The notes beneath the pieces are model-generated. The model did no database searches. It worked only from the letters and a program-made list of their open reading frames with translations, and was not told the DNA's origin. The position numbers and the translations under genes are program-made. This document shows positions 1-12,069 of a DNA stretch of 64,000 nucleotides, piece after piece (within the stretch, counting starts at the first letter, position 1; every line of letters begins with the position of its first letter). This DNA is from Octopus vulgaris. Taxonomy: Eukaryota. The stretch spans positions 116,932,001 to 116,996,000 of the forward strand of contig OX597814.1 of assembly GCA_951406725.2 (NCBI GenBank), given 5' to 3'.

Positions 1-469
1 AAGAGAAATCAACCAATCGTCACGCCCATTTCAAATACAATCTGTAAGTGGAAGATTAAAAATACGCAAGATTTTTCTCGTGTTTCAAATGTGACACTGT
101 ATATGTTATTTACATTCCAACGATGAAGCTTTGTAACTTCATTAGAAAACACCTACTTATTCAGAGGAAAAATATTAATAAATAATTAAAAATAACTAAA
201 ACCAGCAGAGAACATACGTAGGTCTGTGTGAGTGTATCAGTATGCATGTATATATATATATAATGGATGAATGAATTATCCTTTGTTTACCGTTAACATG
301 GAAACTTCAATAAACAGCTACCAGAGTAGCAAAATTCACGCAAGTAACAGGGATGTAGCGACCTATTCAAAGGTTGGAACTCCGGGTTAATGTGCAGTAA
401 TTTGTGTAGTATAAGGAAATTTGAATAGCATCTGCGTTCAACTCCATTTATTTACTTATATATATATAT

Positions 470-670
470 TAATGATAATGATAATATGACAACAAAAGAA
501 TGAATTAAACCTCGATATTATGTAAATAGAGGAAGTTATCTATAAATATAATATGGGACAATTAGTCAGGTGCCATAATAAAACTCAGAGTTTCGGATGT
601 CGGGACGGAATGCTGCTCCGACATCTCGTCAGTTTTATTATGACAGCCGACTAATTGTCACATATTATAT
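470..670 (-). mobile_element. Short non-coding Penelope pLTR-like cassette with hammerhead motif and fold-back, flanked by (TA)n
   Basis: Imperfect inverted repeat 546-584 / 631-670 encloses a hammerhead core on the minus strand; (TA)n on both sides. Confidence 0.55.
574..642 (-). ncRNA. Minimal type I hammerhead ribozyme motif
   Basis: Minus strand reads cauaauaaaa-CUGACGA-GAUGUCGG(14-nt loop)CCGACAUC-c-GAAAC-ucuga-GUU-uuauuaug; 8-bp helix II and quasi-palindromic helix III. Confidence 0.65.
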
Positions 671-879
671 ATATATGTGTGTGTGTTTGTGTGTGTGCGT
701 GTGTGTGTATGTGTGTGTGTGTGGTTCTGTGTGTGATCAAGTTTGTGTGCACATATACATACGTACACATACACACACACACATACACACACACATACAC
801 ACACACACTCACGTACATATACACACATGCGAGAATCAAGAGCATCTTTCAGCTAGAAACCTAATAATTCCCCGTACTT

Positions 880-1411
880 GCTCTAATGAATGTCGTCTCA
901 TTTGTAGGAAGGTGATAGCTTCAGCTTTTGAGAGATACACAAGATATTGCGTTTATTGACTAACGTATAAGCCGCCACACCAACAATGAAGATTATTATG
1001 ACAACTTGCTTAGGCAGTTACGAAATGCTAACAAGGTCAAACATACATACAGGAAAATTGACGGAAGGGGTGTTGTTTCATTAGGACAATACTCCAGCAT
1101 TGATGTCAATGGCTGCTTGTTGATCAGCCTCTCTAATCTTCTGATTTCGCTCTATATGATAATCATCACTTACGCAACATGAACCGACTCTTGGCTGGGG
1201 ACCACTATCGCAGTGTAAACATTATATCTGCTATTGATGACTTTTCTGACCAACGGGATGACAGAATATTCACCAATGAGATCCAAGCACTGTAAAACCG
1301 ATGGTAAAATTATGTGGACCGCAAAGGAGACTAGATTAGAAAATAAAACTCATTTGGTCACATTTCATCAGATTATGTTGGTCAACCAATGAACTTTTCA
1401 GCCGATCCTCG
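880..1411 (+). mobile_element. Mariner (D,D34D-type) transposon, degenerate 3' half
   Basis: Degenerate translation resembles GKV.AS.F...Y..LLRQLR...GVLFH.DN.P...IQAL..RW...VDRKGD; ends in TIR-like gaacttttcagccgatcctcg followed by TA. Confidence 0.8.
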
Positions 1412-1814
1412 TATATATGTATATATCAAACAGGTAGAAATAGCGCTCAATACTAAACCACGTACACACACACAAACACACACACACAGACACACACACA
1501 CATACACACACAGGCACACACACACGTGCACACACAAACACAAACAAGCATCACACACACGTACACACACAAGTATATTAATCAAAAGGAATTTTATTAA
1601 CATATACGTATGTTTGTTTAAGCGAGTAACCTCTGTCATCCATTACTCGGGAAATATCGTTGAGTCACGGTGTGTAACAGTAAGTAACTTAAGAGGACAG
1701 TTAATTTATTTTATAGACATAGGAGCGTTTTTCACAGTGCAATTCTCATTGAATTGGACTTAGGTTAGCCGTAATATAATTGTCGTTTACACAAATAAAG
1801 AATATTTTACGAAA

Positions 1815-1995
1815 GCAGGAGCGTGGGAGTGGCTGTGTGGTAAGTAGCTTGCTTACCAACCATATGGTTCCGGGTTCAGTCCCTCTGCGTGGCATCTTGG
1901 GACAAGTGTCTTCTACTATAGCCTCGGGTCGACCAAAGCCTTGTGAGTGGATTTGGTAGACGGAAACTGAAAGAAGCCCGTCGTATATATGTATG

Positions 1996-2034
<39 letters not shown>

Positions 2035-2274
2035 GCTTGTGTGTGTGCGTATGTGTGTATATGTGTGTGTGTCTGTGTTTGTCCCCACAACATCGCTTGA
2101 CAACCGATGGCGGTGTGTTTACGTCCCCGTGACATAGCGGTTCGGCAAAAGAGACCGATGAAATAAGTACTAGGCTTACAAAGAATAAGTCCTGGGGTCG
2201 ATTTGCTCGACAAAAGGCGGTGCTCCAGCATGGCCACAGTCCAAATCACTGAAACAAGTAAAAGAGTAAAGAGA
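1815..2274 (+). mobile_element. SINE family A (tRNA-derived head, internal TA/TG microsatellite, LINE-derived tail)
   Basis: Head gagtggctgtgtggtaag...gggttcagtcc (A/B-box-like); about 10 homologous copies in the window; tail ggcggtgctccagcatggcc...ctgaaacaagtaaaaga. Confidence 0.9.
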
Positions 2275-3749
2275 ACAGGATACTTTAGTAGAATTTCCAT
2301 TACAGACGTTAGTAGATTTCCATTTCAGTACTTCTTAGTCAAATGTAGAGAAAGCAAGTTCCATAATTCCTTGCATACTAGCATGCAAACCAGAAATTCA
2401 TTTTCACTATCGTTCAAGAGTTATTCCACTTTGAGAAGTTGTATGTTTGCATATTTACAATATGCTATTTGCGTATCACTCTCTCGCTACCTGTTCATTA
2501 TAGGAATGAGAAATATATATTGCTTGAAAGCACGTGAATGTGAGGATAAAAATTACCTATACCGAAGATATTTGCTACTAATTTGTGAAAAATATCAGAG
2601 GGATGATTGTAAATTGTTTTTAGAAATAAATTCTCCTCTATCGATTGATACTAGAAAAAAATATCTCTGAATCTAAAGCCATATCTAAAAACTAAATTGT
2701 TGCGTGATAGCTATCAACGATGACTTTTCAAACCCAGTCCGCTATAATCAAATATATCTTCTCTAAAGTTAACTGAATAATGAACGTTCATATTTTGTGC
2801 GCTCTTTGACAGAGTTAGATGTAAAATTTGAATTCAGTAACCTTATGTAGAGCAAGTCTAAAGTACATAGGAAAATAAATTCAATAATTTCAACCTCATC
2901 AGTGGTACATAAGCATATAGCAAACAAATGTTCTCGGTTCTTCATCACCCAGAAATCATTTCCGAAAGAATAAAAAAACAAAACAAAAAGAAAACAGTTT
3001 GTACTGCTTGCGAAACGTGTGTGTGCATGTGTATGTCTGTTTTTCTAATGGATGAGATTGTATTAGCTAAGACTGAGTTTTGTAAAATAGGCTGTTTAGT
3101 AATTCCGAAAGAACCTACAATATATTTTATTCGATCAAAATAAATTTTACGACGTCATTCTATTACTAACAGACTTATTCAACAAAATAGGGTATGGTAT
3201 TTTTTTTTATTTCCTGAAATAATTGGATCTACTATATATTCAAGGCTGATCTGCCGTCTCTTTTTTTTTTTCTATGTCAACATGGCTGATTAACCTCGAT
3301 TTAAGGTGGCCACAAAAGTGTATTTCTTTTATGATCTTTATCTTGATAATAGTGAACGGGCAAATAAAATAACTCTCTCATTTATTTTAACTGGTTTGGT
3401 AATATACTTTGGTTCTTGGTTGAAGTGATATAAGTATTTTCACGGGAATTGTTATCGCTAAAAGTTAAGGTATTGTATAATAAACTATATAATGATTTTG
3501 TCTAAACTATAGATATTTTTATTATTCTCAGAATAAAACATGGGAGCTATTCAAAGAATATGCGCTGATTTTTATATGTCTCTATAAGCGAGCATTGGAG
3601 TTGTAAAATTTAACATCTATACAAGCCCAAATCAATTCTTTTCAAATATATCGAGATACATGTTGGGAAGAGAAAGTCTTTGCGACTTAATTCCTCATCT
3701 GTTACCGTCATCGCTATCTGATTTTTCATTATCAAAAAAGTAAGCTTAC

Positions 3750-3812
3750 CGTCAAAATTCTCCTCAGAAACAACCTTCCGTCTTTTTAAATATAGCATTC
3801 GGTTAACATTTC
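3750..3812 (-). other. Candidate 63-nt phase 1-1 internal exon (xNVNRMLYLKRRKVVSEENFD)
   Basis: Minus strand ttttccag| ... gacg|gtaagc splice consensus, one open frame, non-repetitive sequence; no homology recognised. Confidence 0.25.
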
Positions 3813-4107
3813 CTGGAAAATATTGTAATATTCTTCGTAGAAAACTCTAACGGATATTGCAATGTATCGAGATGAAATTCGTTTTATTACACTGTTCTAA
3901 AGCATATCCATCCATCCATCCATCCATCCATACATACATACGTGCTTACACGGCATACATACATAAGTGCATACATGCATAAATTCATACATACATATAT
4001 ACATGCATACATATATAAATACATACACTCATCCATCCATCCATACATACATACATGCATACTTACTTAAACACACGCGCACATCCATACAGAGAGGGAG
4101 ATGGGTG

Positions 4108-4145
<38 letters not shown>

Positions 4146-4149
<4 letters not shown>

Positions 4150-4612
4150 TTGAAAACGCCACTATATAAGATGAATTTTAATTTTCTTAGAAATTTTAAA
4201 TGTTTCGGTTCTTCTTGAAAAGCGAACCTTATCAAAAGTATTTTTAAAAGTTAAGTGTAATACAAAATTTCATAATTGCTTCTTACTAGTCTCAACAGAA
4301 TCCACGTGGTGGTTTTTTGTGTGTGGAGGAAGCGTAATAGCTGTCTTGTGTGTTGAATAGATTCGTTGGCTGCAGTTGAGGAAATGACCAGTGGCCGAAA
4401 TAGCAATAGTATCAGTGACTGTTGGTCGTAGTAGTAGTGACCGTGGTGGTGGCGGTTGGAATTGCAGCAGTTAATTGGCCGTAGTAGCAGCAGAGGCAGC
4501 AGTGGTTGGAGTCATGGTTGCAGTTCATTGGCTGTAATAGCAGCAGCAGTGGACGTGGACCGTTATTAGCAGCAGTGGAAGACTGTTGGTCGTAGTAGTA
4601 ATAGTAGTGTCC

Positions 4613-4656
<44 letters not shown>

Positions 4657-4978
4657 TGTTGTTGTAGTAGTGATCGTGGTGGTAGTGGTAGAATTCCATT
4701 TTTCTTTTCGGAAAACCAACATATGTTTTAATGCTCCTGTTTAAAGTTGTTCCAAATTTTCTAATAAAATAGAGTTCTTTATTATGAAGTTGAGTGAAAG
4801 TTACATTGTTACTGAATTGGTAAAGTGGGAAAGTTTTGAATTTGGGATTTTTATTTGAAGCACATCTGTCTATGTATTCAGGATTCCTAATTTGGGATTT
4901 ATGTACTGCCATTCTTTTTCGTAGGGTGTTTTGTGCATGGCCAATATATCGCCTGTTGCACCATGCGCATGTTAACAT
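4146..4978 (-). mobile_element. Penelope-like retroelement, 5'-truncated (GIY-YIG C-terminus, 3' UTR and hammerhead)
   Basis: [29 protein letters not shown]...KELYFIRKF; homologous to the ORF at 6113-6574; hammerhead at 4190-4243; ends at (TA)n. Confidence 0.85.
4190..4243 (-). ncRNA. Minimal hammerhead motif, U3-A8 variant (degenerate)
   Basis: UUGAUAA-GGUUC(loop)GAACC-GAAAC-au-UUA; helix III appears mutated from ACAUGUA; weak helix I. Confidence 0.55.
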
Positions 4979-5047
4979 GAATATATTTATATCTTTTTAT
5001 CTATATATGTACAATTATGTATGTATATATATATATATATGCATGAT

Positions 5048-5107
<60 letters not shown>

Positions 5108-5158
5108 TATGAAAAAACAAGTAAAAAATAGAAAATGCTAAAATAATTTTATAGTGAA

Positions 5159-5206
5159 CATTTCAGTACCGGTTTCGGTCATTTTGAGACCTTTTCAACT
5201 GTAACG
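5159..5206 (-). ncRNA. Minimal type I hammerhead ribozyme, U3-A8 variant
   Basis: cguuacag-UUGAAAA-GGUC(ucaaaau)GACC-GAAAC-CG-GUA-cugaaaug; helix I 7/8 paired, palindromic ACCGGU helix III; predicted cut between 5167 and 5166. Confidence 0.8.
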
Positions 5207-5530
5207 ATTAAATAATTAAATTTAGAAAAATTAGAAGAAAAGTTTTTTTAAAAGAATATTTCTATAGTAGTGTTCAGATTTAAGTGGCATTCTGCCTTTC
5301 TCTGACTCCCTTGTTTGCACTTGTGTGTTCGAGGTAGTTGTGAGTTCTTGGTAGGGTAGTAGAGGGAAGGCTGGTGAGGAAAGGGGGTGGGAGAATCTGG
5401 GAGTGCCCTGATGGTCGTATTTTGAATGGTCAGTGGCGGCTGGCAGTCTCAGTTCAATTCAGGATTGTTTATAGAATTAGCGTAGGTGTTATACTAAAAA
5501 ACATTAGTGACAAACTTAAGGGGTAGGGGG

Positions 5531-5918
5531 TGGAGAAGAAGAAGAAGAAGAAGAAGAAGAAGAAGAAGGAGAAGGAGAAGATGATGGTGATGGTGGTGAT
5601 GATTATGACGACGATGATGATGATAACGATGATGATGAAGAAGAAGAAGAAGAAGAAGAAGAAGAAGAAGAAGAAGAAGAAGAAGAAGGAGGAGAAGGAG
5701 AAGATGGTGGTGATGATGGTGGTGATGATGATGACGCCGATGATGATGATAACGATGATGATGAAGAAGAAGAAGAAGAAGAAGAAGAAGAAGAAGAAGA
5801 AGAAGAAGAAGAAGAAGAAGAAGGAGGAGAAGGAGAAGATGGTGGTGATGATGGTGGTGATGATGATGACGCCGATGATGATGATAACGATGATGATGAA
5901 GAAGAAGAAGAAGAAAAA
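5531..5918. repeat. Higher-order (GAA)n/(GAT)n compound repeat, 3 units, inside the Penelope 3' region
   Basis: Unit (gaa)n-ggagaaggagaagatg..gataacgatgatgatg occurs three times. Confidence 0.9.
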
Positions 5919-6044
5919 AACAGAGAAGGGAGAATATGAATGGGTGTAAATATAGCTATGAAGGGGCTGATTAGTAATGGATTCTATGGAGTGTAGTATT
6001 TGTGTGTGTATATATATTTTTTTCTTTTATTCTAAAGTTGAGGT

Positions 6045-6810
6045 ATATTAATTGTTTGTCGTAGACCCGTTAAGAAGTGGCTTGTATTTTGTAATAAAGA
6101 GATTTTCTTTACTTATTCTTTGTCTCGAGGTTGTATCGTCCCTAAATTGGTAGAGGGGAAAATTCTGAAGTTTGGTGTTTTTTTGTTGGCGCAAGTATCT
6201 ATGTGTTGGCTAAAAGCTATTTTTCTGTTTTGGGGAATTTTTATCTGGGATCTGTGCAGGGCCATTCGTTTACGCAAACCATTTTTTGTTTGGCCTATGT
6301 ACTGCTCTTGACACCCGGAGCAGGTTAGTGAGTATATTAGGTTCTCCGAAGCACATGTGAAGTTGCTTTTCACTGTAAACCGTTGTCCCTGTTTGAAGGA
6401 GAACTCAGAACCCTCGATTAGATAGTCGCATATCCCGCAATTGGGTCTTCCACATTTTTTTACTGTCGGCTTCTGTGTTGAAGAGTGAATTCGGGCTTGT
6501 GTAAGGAGACTTTTCATGGATCTAGGCTGTCTTTTGCTTTTTATGATCGTGTGTGTTTGGAGGATTGTGTTCATTCTGTGGTCTTTTTTTAGGAGGGGTA
6601 TGTTGTGGAGGATGGTGTCGAAGGCTTCGTTATTGAGAGGGTTGTGTGTGGAGATGTATGGTAAGGCTTTTGGTTGTAAGTTTTTCTTTGATTTGGGATG
6701 TCTCAGTTCCTTGATGTTAAGTTGAAGGGCACGTTGAATGCACTTGTCAATAAGTGAAGGTGGATAGTTCCTGGTGATTAGGGTATCTTTTAGTTCTTGT
6801 AGTCGTGTGT
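6045..6810 (-). pseudogene. Penelope RT-GIY-YIG ORF, C-terminal part (one frameshift near the end)
   Basis: LQELKDTLITRNYPPSLID...LPYISTHNP...KCGRPNCGIC...LIYSLTCSGCQEQYIGQT...KENLFITKYKPLLN. Confidence 0.88.
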
Positions 6811-6940
6811 AACCGGTACTGAAATGTTCACTATAAAATTATTTTAGCATTTTCTATTTTTTACTTGTTTTTTCATATATATCAACTCGTGTGTTCCTTT
6901 TCACCCTTATACATATACATATATATATATATATATATGT

Positions 6941-7135
6941 ATTCTTTTATTGTTCTGTTTCAGGCATTTGATGTTGCCATGCTGGAGTATCGCCTTTAGT
7001 CTAACAAATCGCCCCCTGAACTTATTCTTTGGCAGCTTTATTCTTCGGTCTCTTTTGTCGAACCGCTTTACGGGAACGTAAACACACCACCATCGATTGT
7101 CAACCAATGTTTGGGGCAGAAAGACAGGCAGACAA
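6941..7135 (-). mobile_element. SINE family A, 3' half
   Basis: Reverse complement of the family A tail (2095-2270). Confidence 0.8.
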
Positions 7136-7319
7136 TCATATATATATATATATTTATATATACATACATACATACATAGAAATATATATGCATGTATATA
7201 TATATATATATTCTTTTATTCTTTTGTTTAGTTATTTAATGGCATATATACGTATACAAATACATACATATATATATATATATGTTTATATATATATATA
7301 TTTCAGTTATATATATATG

Positions 7320-7415
7320 AGGGCAGCTAGAACTCTCTCGCACCAAATACGTATAGCAACACCAAATGGCGGTGCCCAGCACATAGCTCATAGCTGAAAC
7401 TAGAATCAATCAATT
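7320..7415 (+). mobile_element. CR1-group LINE 3' terminal fragment
   Basis: Matches the reverse complement of 60857-61000 (gagggcag..gcaccaaa...aaatggcggtgc.cagca...gctgaaactag). Confidence 0.65.
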
Positions 7416-7421
7416 ATATAT

Positions 7422-7472
<51 letters not shown>

Positions 7473-7749
7473 CATGTGTGTGTATGTGTGTGTGGCTATG
7501 TGTGTGTGTGTGTGTGTAGGGGAGCAACATTCATTTTCCACAAACTGAAACTATCCCGCAGAGTAATGACACATCTTGTCGACAAAACTGAACGTTAGAA
7601 GAGTTAAGGGACTAAAAAAAAAAAAGAAATTTAACTGCAAGTATAGCTTCATTGAACTAAAACTTCTTCTACGCTGTGTAGCAGCATTGGCCCGATGTTA
7701 TGACGGAAAAAACTAATATATCAAAGATAAACGACAACCATATACACAA

Positions 7750-7892
<143 letters not shown>

Positions 7893-8410
7893 AACGCTTG
7901 CGCGAACTCACATTTATAGGAAGATATAGGAAAATAGAGAAACTCCATATCGTATTATGCTTTTGCAATCTTCAGCATAAAACAAAAAAAAAAAATTCGG
8001 AAAAATTTTTGACGTTGTGATTGCGTAGAAAGTTTCGAAACGTTTGTGAAATCTCTCATCGCTTATCTTATTCCTAATCTTTGAGGCACCGAATATGCTT
8101 TTCTTAAATCTAGATGTACTGATGTGAAAAAAATATATTTTTCAGTTATTGGAATCTTGTTTATACTTTAACAACTGTGTTTTACTAAAACCCGAACTTC
8201 ATATGTAATCGAGGAACAAACACTTTCAAAGCCTGAATGACCCGAACCGTGCAAACCTTTTTCCCTCGTGAGCAAGTGATAAATTTTAGTCCAATTTCTC
8301 TACAGATTCTCTTACATAGAATAAACAAAACTATTCAGTGTAATTGAGCTTCTACATTTGAACAATACAAATGACAATCCCCATAGACACTGCCCCTTAT
8401 TTTCATGATA

Positions 8411-8670
8411 GAAAATAAATAAATGCGCCCTTTTAAAGCTTAGCCAGGCTCAGCGGCCCAGTTTCCCGGTTTCTATGGCGTATGTGTTCCCCAGCTGGAC
8501 GGGACGCCAGTCCATCGCAGCGTTACTCATTTTTGCCAGCTGAGTGGACTGGAGCAACGTGAAGTGAAGTGTTTTGCTCAAGAACACAACGCGTCGCCCG
8601 GTGCGGGAATCGAAACCACAATCTGACGATCATGGTGCAGACACCCTAACCACTAAGCCACGCGCCTCCA
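8411..8670 (-). mobile_element. SINE family B, full length, with 17-bp TSD
   Basis: tRNA-like head ggaggcgcgtggcttagtggttaggg...ggtttcgattcc; TSD cccttattttcatgata at 8394-8410 and 8671-8687; (ATTT)n tail. Confidence 0.93.
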
Positions 8671-8820
8671 CCCTTATTTTCATGATACCGAACGTGAAAT
8701 CACGCTTTCGGATATAAAGCAACATGAGCAATAACTAAAGCGTAGAATGTATTTCCGATCTGAAGAACGACTGATTGGATTGTAGAAGGGTCAAATATTG
8801 ACCCTTCTACTATCCAATCA

Positions 8821-9015
8821 GGTGTAAGCATGCCTTTGAGGTTAAGAAACTCACTCTGCAACACCTCGTTTCAGGTCCCGATCCACTTCGTGGCACCTTT
8901 GGGTTGTGTCTTTTATTGTAACCCTGGGCTATCCAATATTGGTGAGTGAATATGGTCGATGGAAAATGCGTGGACGCCTGACATACATACATGCATACAT
9001 ACATATATACATATT

Positions 9016-9070
<55 letters not shown>

Positions 9071-9350
9071 TATATCCATATATATATATATATTATATGT
9101 GTGTGTACATATACATATATACACAAACAAACACACACATATCTGCATAAACGTGTTTGTATGGGGTTTTGTGTTCAACTACACCACCGCTTGGGAGCGG
9201 TGTAGTTTTATTTCCGTGTCATAAATTTATGATTCGTGAGAATACAACAACAGAATAAGTAACAGATGTAAAATGAATACCTGGGGGCAACTTGTTCAAA
9301 TCAGTGCTATAGCATGGCCAGAGTTCAATGATTGAAACAAGAAACTAATG
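8821..9350 (+). mobile_element. SINE family A, old diverged copy
   Basis: Colinear diverged similarity to 1815-2274. Confidence 0.7.
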
Positions 9351-9727
9351 AAAATACTTCGTTAATTTCGTTACTATGAGCCGCATCAAGACGGTTGCTG
9401 AATACAAACACATTCTTGTCACATTGTACGAGATAGACACTAAATGTGTAACTTTCGTCTTCACTAATTTAAATCACGGGGTCAGTAACTTACATATTCC
9501 GTGCTTCTTTGACGCAAGGGTAACACAGAATGTTGGATCAGTAATATTTTCATCTGTTTCTACGTGATATGCTTTATAGTTGTTTATCATTTAACGTAAA
9601 ATATACTGGAGTATTTGTTACTAGAATTTGGGCACCGGATCAAAATTACGGAACATAGATGTGGGTATATTATAATACATTGGTCCAGCCATATCAAAGT
9701 TTATATATTATATATATATATATATAT

Positions 9728-9920
9728 ATTCTTTATTGTCCACAAGGGGTTAAACATAGGAAGGACAAACAAGGACAGACAAACGGATTAAGACGATTAC
9801 ATCGACCCCAGTGCATAACTAATTTAATCGACCCCGAGAGGATGAAACGCAAAGTTGACCTCGGCGGAATTCGAACTCAGAACGTCACGACGTGCTAGCG
9901 ATTCTGCCAGATCACCGCCC
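9728..9920 (-). mobile_element. SINE family C (internally deleted)
   Basis: Core gttctgagttcgaattccgccgaggtcaactttgcgtttcatcc on the minus strand, shared with 24605 and 25904. Confidence 0.85.
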
Positions 9921-10709
9921 TTATTAATATATTTATAAATATATATGTATATTCATGTATATATATGTGTATGTGTTTGCATATATATATAAATATGTAT
10001 ATACATATATAAATATGTATATGTATATATATATGTGTGTGTGCGCGTGTGTGTATGTAAACGTGTGTATACAAATGGGTCTGTATATGTACAAACTTTA
10101 AATATATCAAATATTAGCTCTTTTCTTTCCCGTTTTCAAAACTCTGACTCGTATAGAAACTATCCCAGTTTAACAAAATAAATGAATACACCACTTATAA
10201 TAAAAAATGGAGACTGAAAAAAAGTGAACATTTTAGCTTTAAAACTCAGTGAAATAGCACTAATAATATAGCTGTAAATAAAGCAATCAAAAAAGAAAGA
10301 GAATAGAAAACCTAAAGATCAAGAAATTGTGTACACAGTATGAATATTGGAGAAGAATAACAGTTAGGTAAAAAGAAAATTGACTGGAGAAAATAGAAAA
10401 TATTTGTGCGGTTGAAGAAAAAACTAAGAATCAAATGAAAAATTAAAAATATCTCTCTTATAACCTTTCACAACACAAACGGATTGTTATATATATATAG
10501 GTGTGTGTGTGTGATCATAAACCTGTATGCATCGTATTTATGTATCTGAGCTGGCGTACATTGAAGTAATCTTATAAATGTACATATGAAATACACAAAA
10601 ATACATGCTTGCACACACATACACACACACATACACACACACACATACACTCACACTCTATCTCACACACGTATATATATACACCTTCTATCAATATATT
10701 GCCCCCCCC

Positions 10710-10760
<51 letters not shown>

Positions 10761-11099
10761 ATATATATATATTCTTCTGCGTATGTTTGTGTGGAACTAT
10801 TAATATAAATGTAAAAGAAAAAAAAAGAGAGAGAGGAAATAGATTGAATAACACGAAAGAATTTGGTGATAGAGACATCACAGTATTCTTGCAATAAATA
10901 GTTAGGAAAGTTGGAAAGTAAACATAAGAACTTGTTGGCAAACTATCACAAGAGAGAGAACTCGAAAAAAAATGCAGTGCAATGTTAATGATACGTCAGC
11001 TTAGATATTGAATCCTCGAAGTTAAATTTTATGAGATTCACCATAATGAAACAGAATGAATAATTGTTATAGTATTATTATCAAGAACTCAATAGTTAG

Positions 11100-11230
11100 G
11101 TTCATATATGACTATATGAATAAGGAACTCGTCCGGCAATACGACACCTTGGACAAATGTGTTTTACTTTAGTTCGGGGCTGAACCATGCTTGGTGAGTG
11201 AATTTGGTAGGTGAAAAATCTGCAGATGAC
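11100..11230 (+). mobile_element. SINE family A head fragment, diverged
   Basis: caccttggacaaatgtg...gtgagtgaatttggtagg. Confidence 0.55.
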
Positions 11231-11306
11231 CAGACACAGAATACCACAACTAGTTATAGGAGGAACCGGCCTCGCGTGTCAGTTCGCAGGGTCTGATTTA
11301 CGGTCT

Positions 11307-11358
11307 CTGTCGCTGATGAAGAGATGACCATTCCGAAAAGCAAGCATGAATCCAACAG
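11307..11358 (+). ncRNA. Degenerate hammerhead motif upstream of a Penelope ORF
   Basis: cugucg-CUGAUGA-a-GAGAU(gacc)AUUCC-GAAA...AUC-caacag; helix I 5/6 paired, helix II imperfect, helix III poor. Confidence 0.4.
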
Positions 11359-11901
11359 TCTGTTTAAAGAGGTGAGTTTCTGATATAATACAGTAAATGA
11401 CCCTCTTATGGATTCCAATAATGCATAGTAAGACGTTTGTGATAGAGTATAAGCAAGAAAAACTACCGTTTTTAGATATCCTTATTAAGCAGGTCGGAAA
11501 CAAAATAGAGACAGATATCTATTACAAATCCACAGACTCGAAACTACCTGCCATTTATTTCTTGCCACCCGAGACACACCAGGATGCATATCCCCTTTCG
11601 TTTAGCCAAAAGAATATGAACAATAGTATCAGATACAAACACATGATTTCAAGAACTAAAAGCTAAAAATTACCCTCAACACTTCATAGACAACACGACC
11701 CAAGGAGTCCTTAAATTCAATACACAAGAACTTGGGCAACCAAGACGAAAGAAGGAAGAAAAATTGTAAATTGTTCCTTAAATCGCCACACACGACCCAC
11801 ATAACAATGAGGCCTTCAACACCGTACTCCATAGCAAAGCTCTACTCAAGAGAGACCCAAAGATGAATCAAATCCTCCAAACACACACCATCATCAAAAG
11901 T

Positions 11902-12069
11902 TAAGTTAATTTTTTGGCTCAAAAAGCAAAAAGCAAGGCCATGTAGGGGGACATGGATTTATGTACAGGGTTGTGTTCATGCAAAGAATTCAGGCCAATT
12001 GTGGTCAAGGGAGACTTTGAACCGAGCGGTCGTCGGCATCTTCACTATCTCGTCTACACTATCTCTATC
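11902..12069 (-). mobile_element. CR1-type LINE 3' end nested in the Penelope copy
   Basis: Minus strand DEIVKMPTTARFKVSLDHNWPEFFA* then 3' UTR and (TTAAC)n tail; putative TSD tcaaaagt at 11894-11901 and 12070-12077. Confidence 0.75.

Larger units (their letters stand above)
5103..6906 (-). mobile_element. Young Penelope-like (probably Neptune-type) retroelement, 5'-truncated, with inverted pLTR segment
   Basis: ORF with CGRPNCGIC linker and LIYSLTC...YIGQT GIY-YIG endonuclease; perfect 72-bp inverted repeat 5103-5174 / 6811-6882; 3' hammerhead. Confidence 0.92.
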
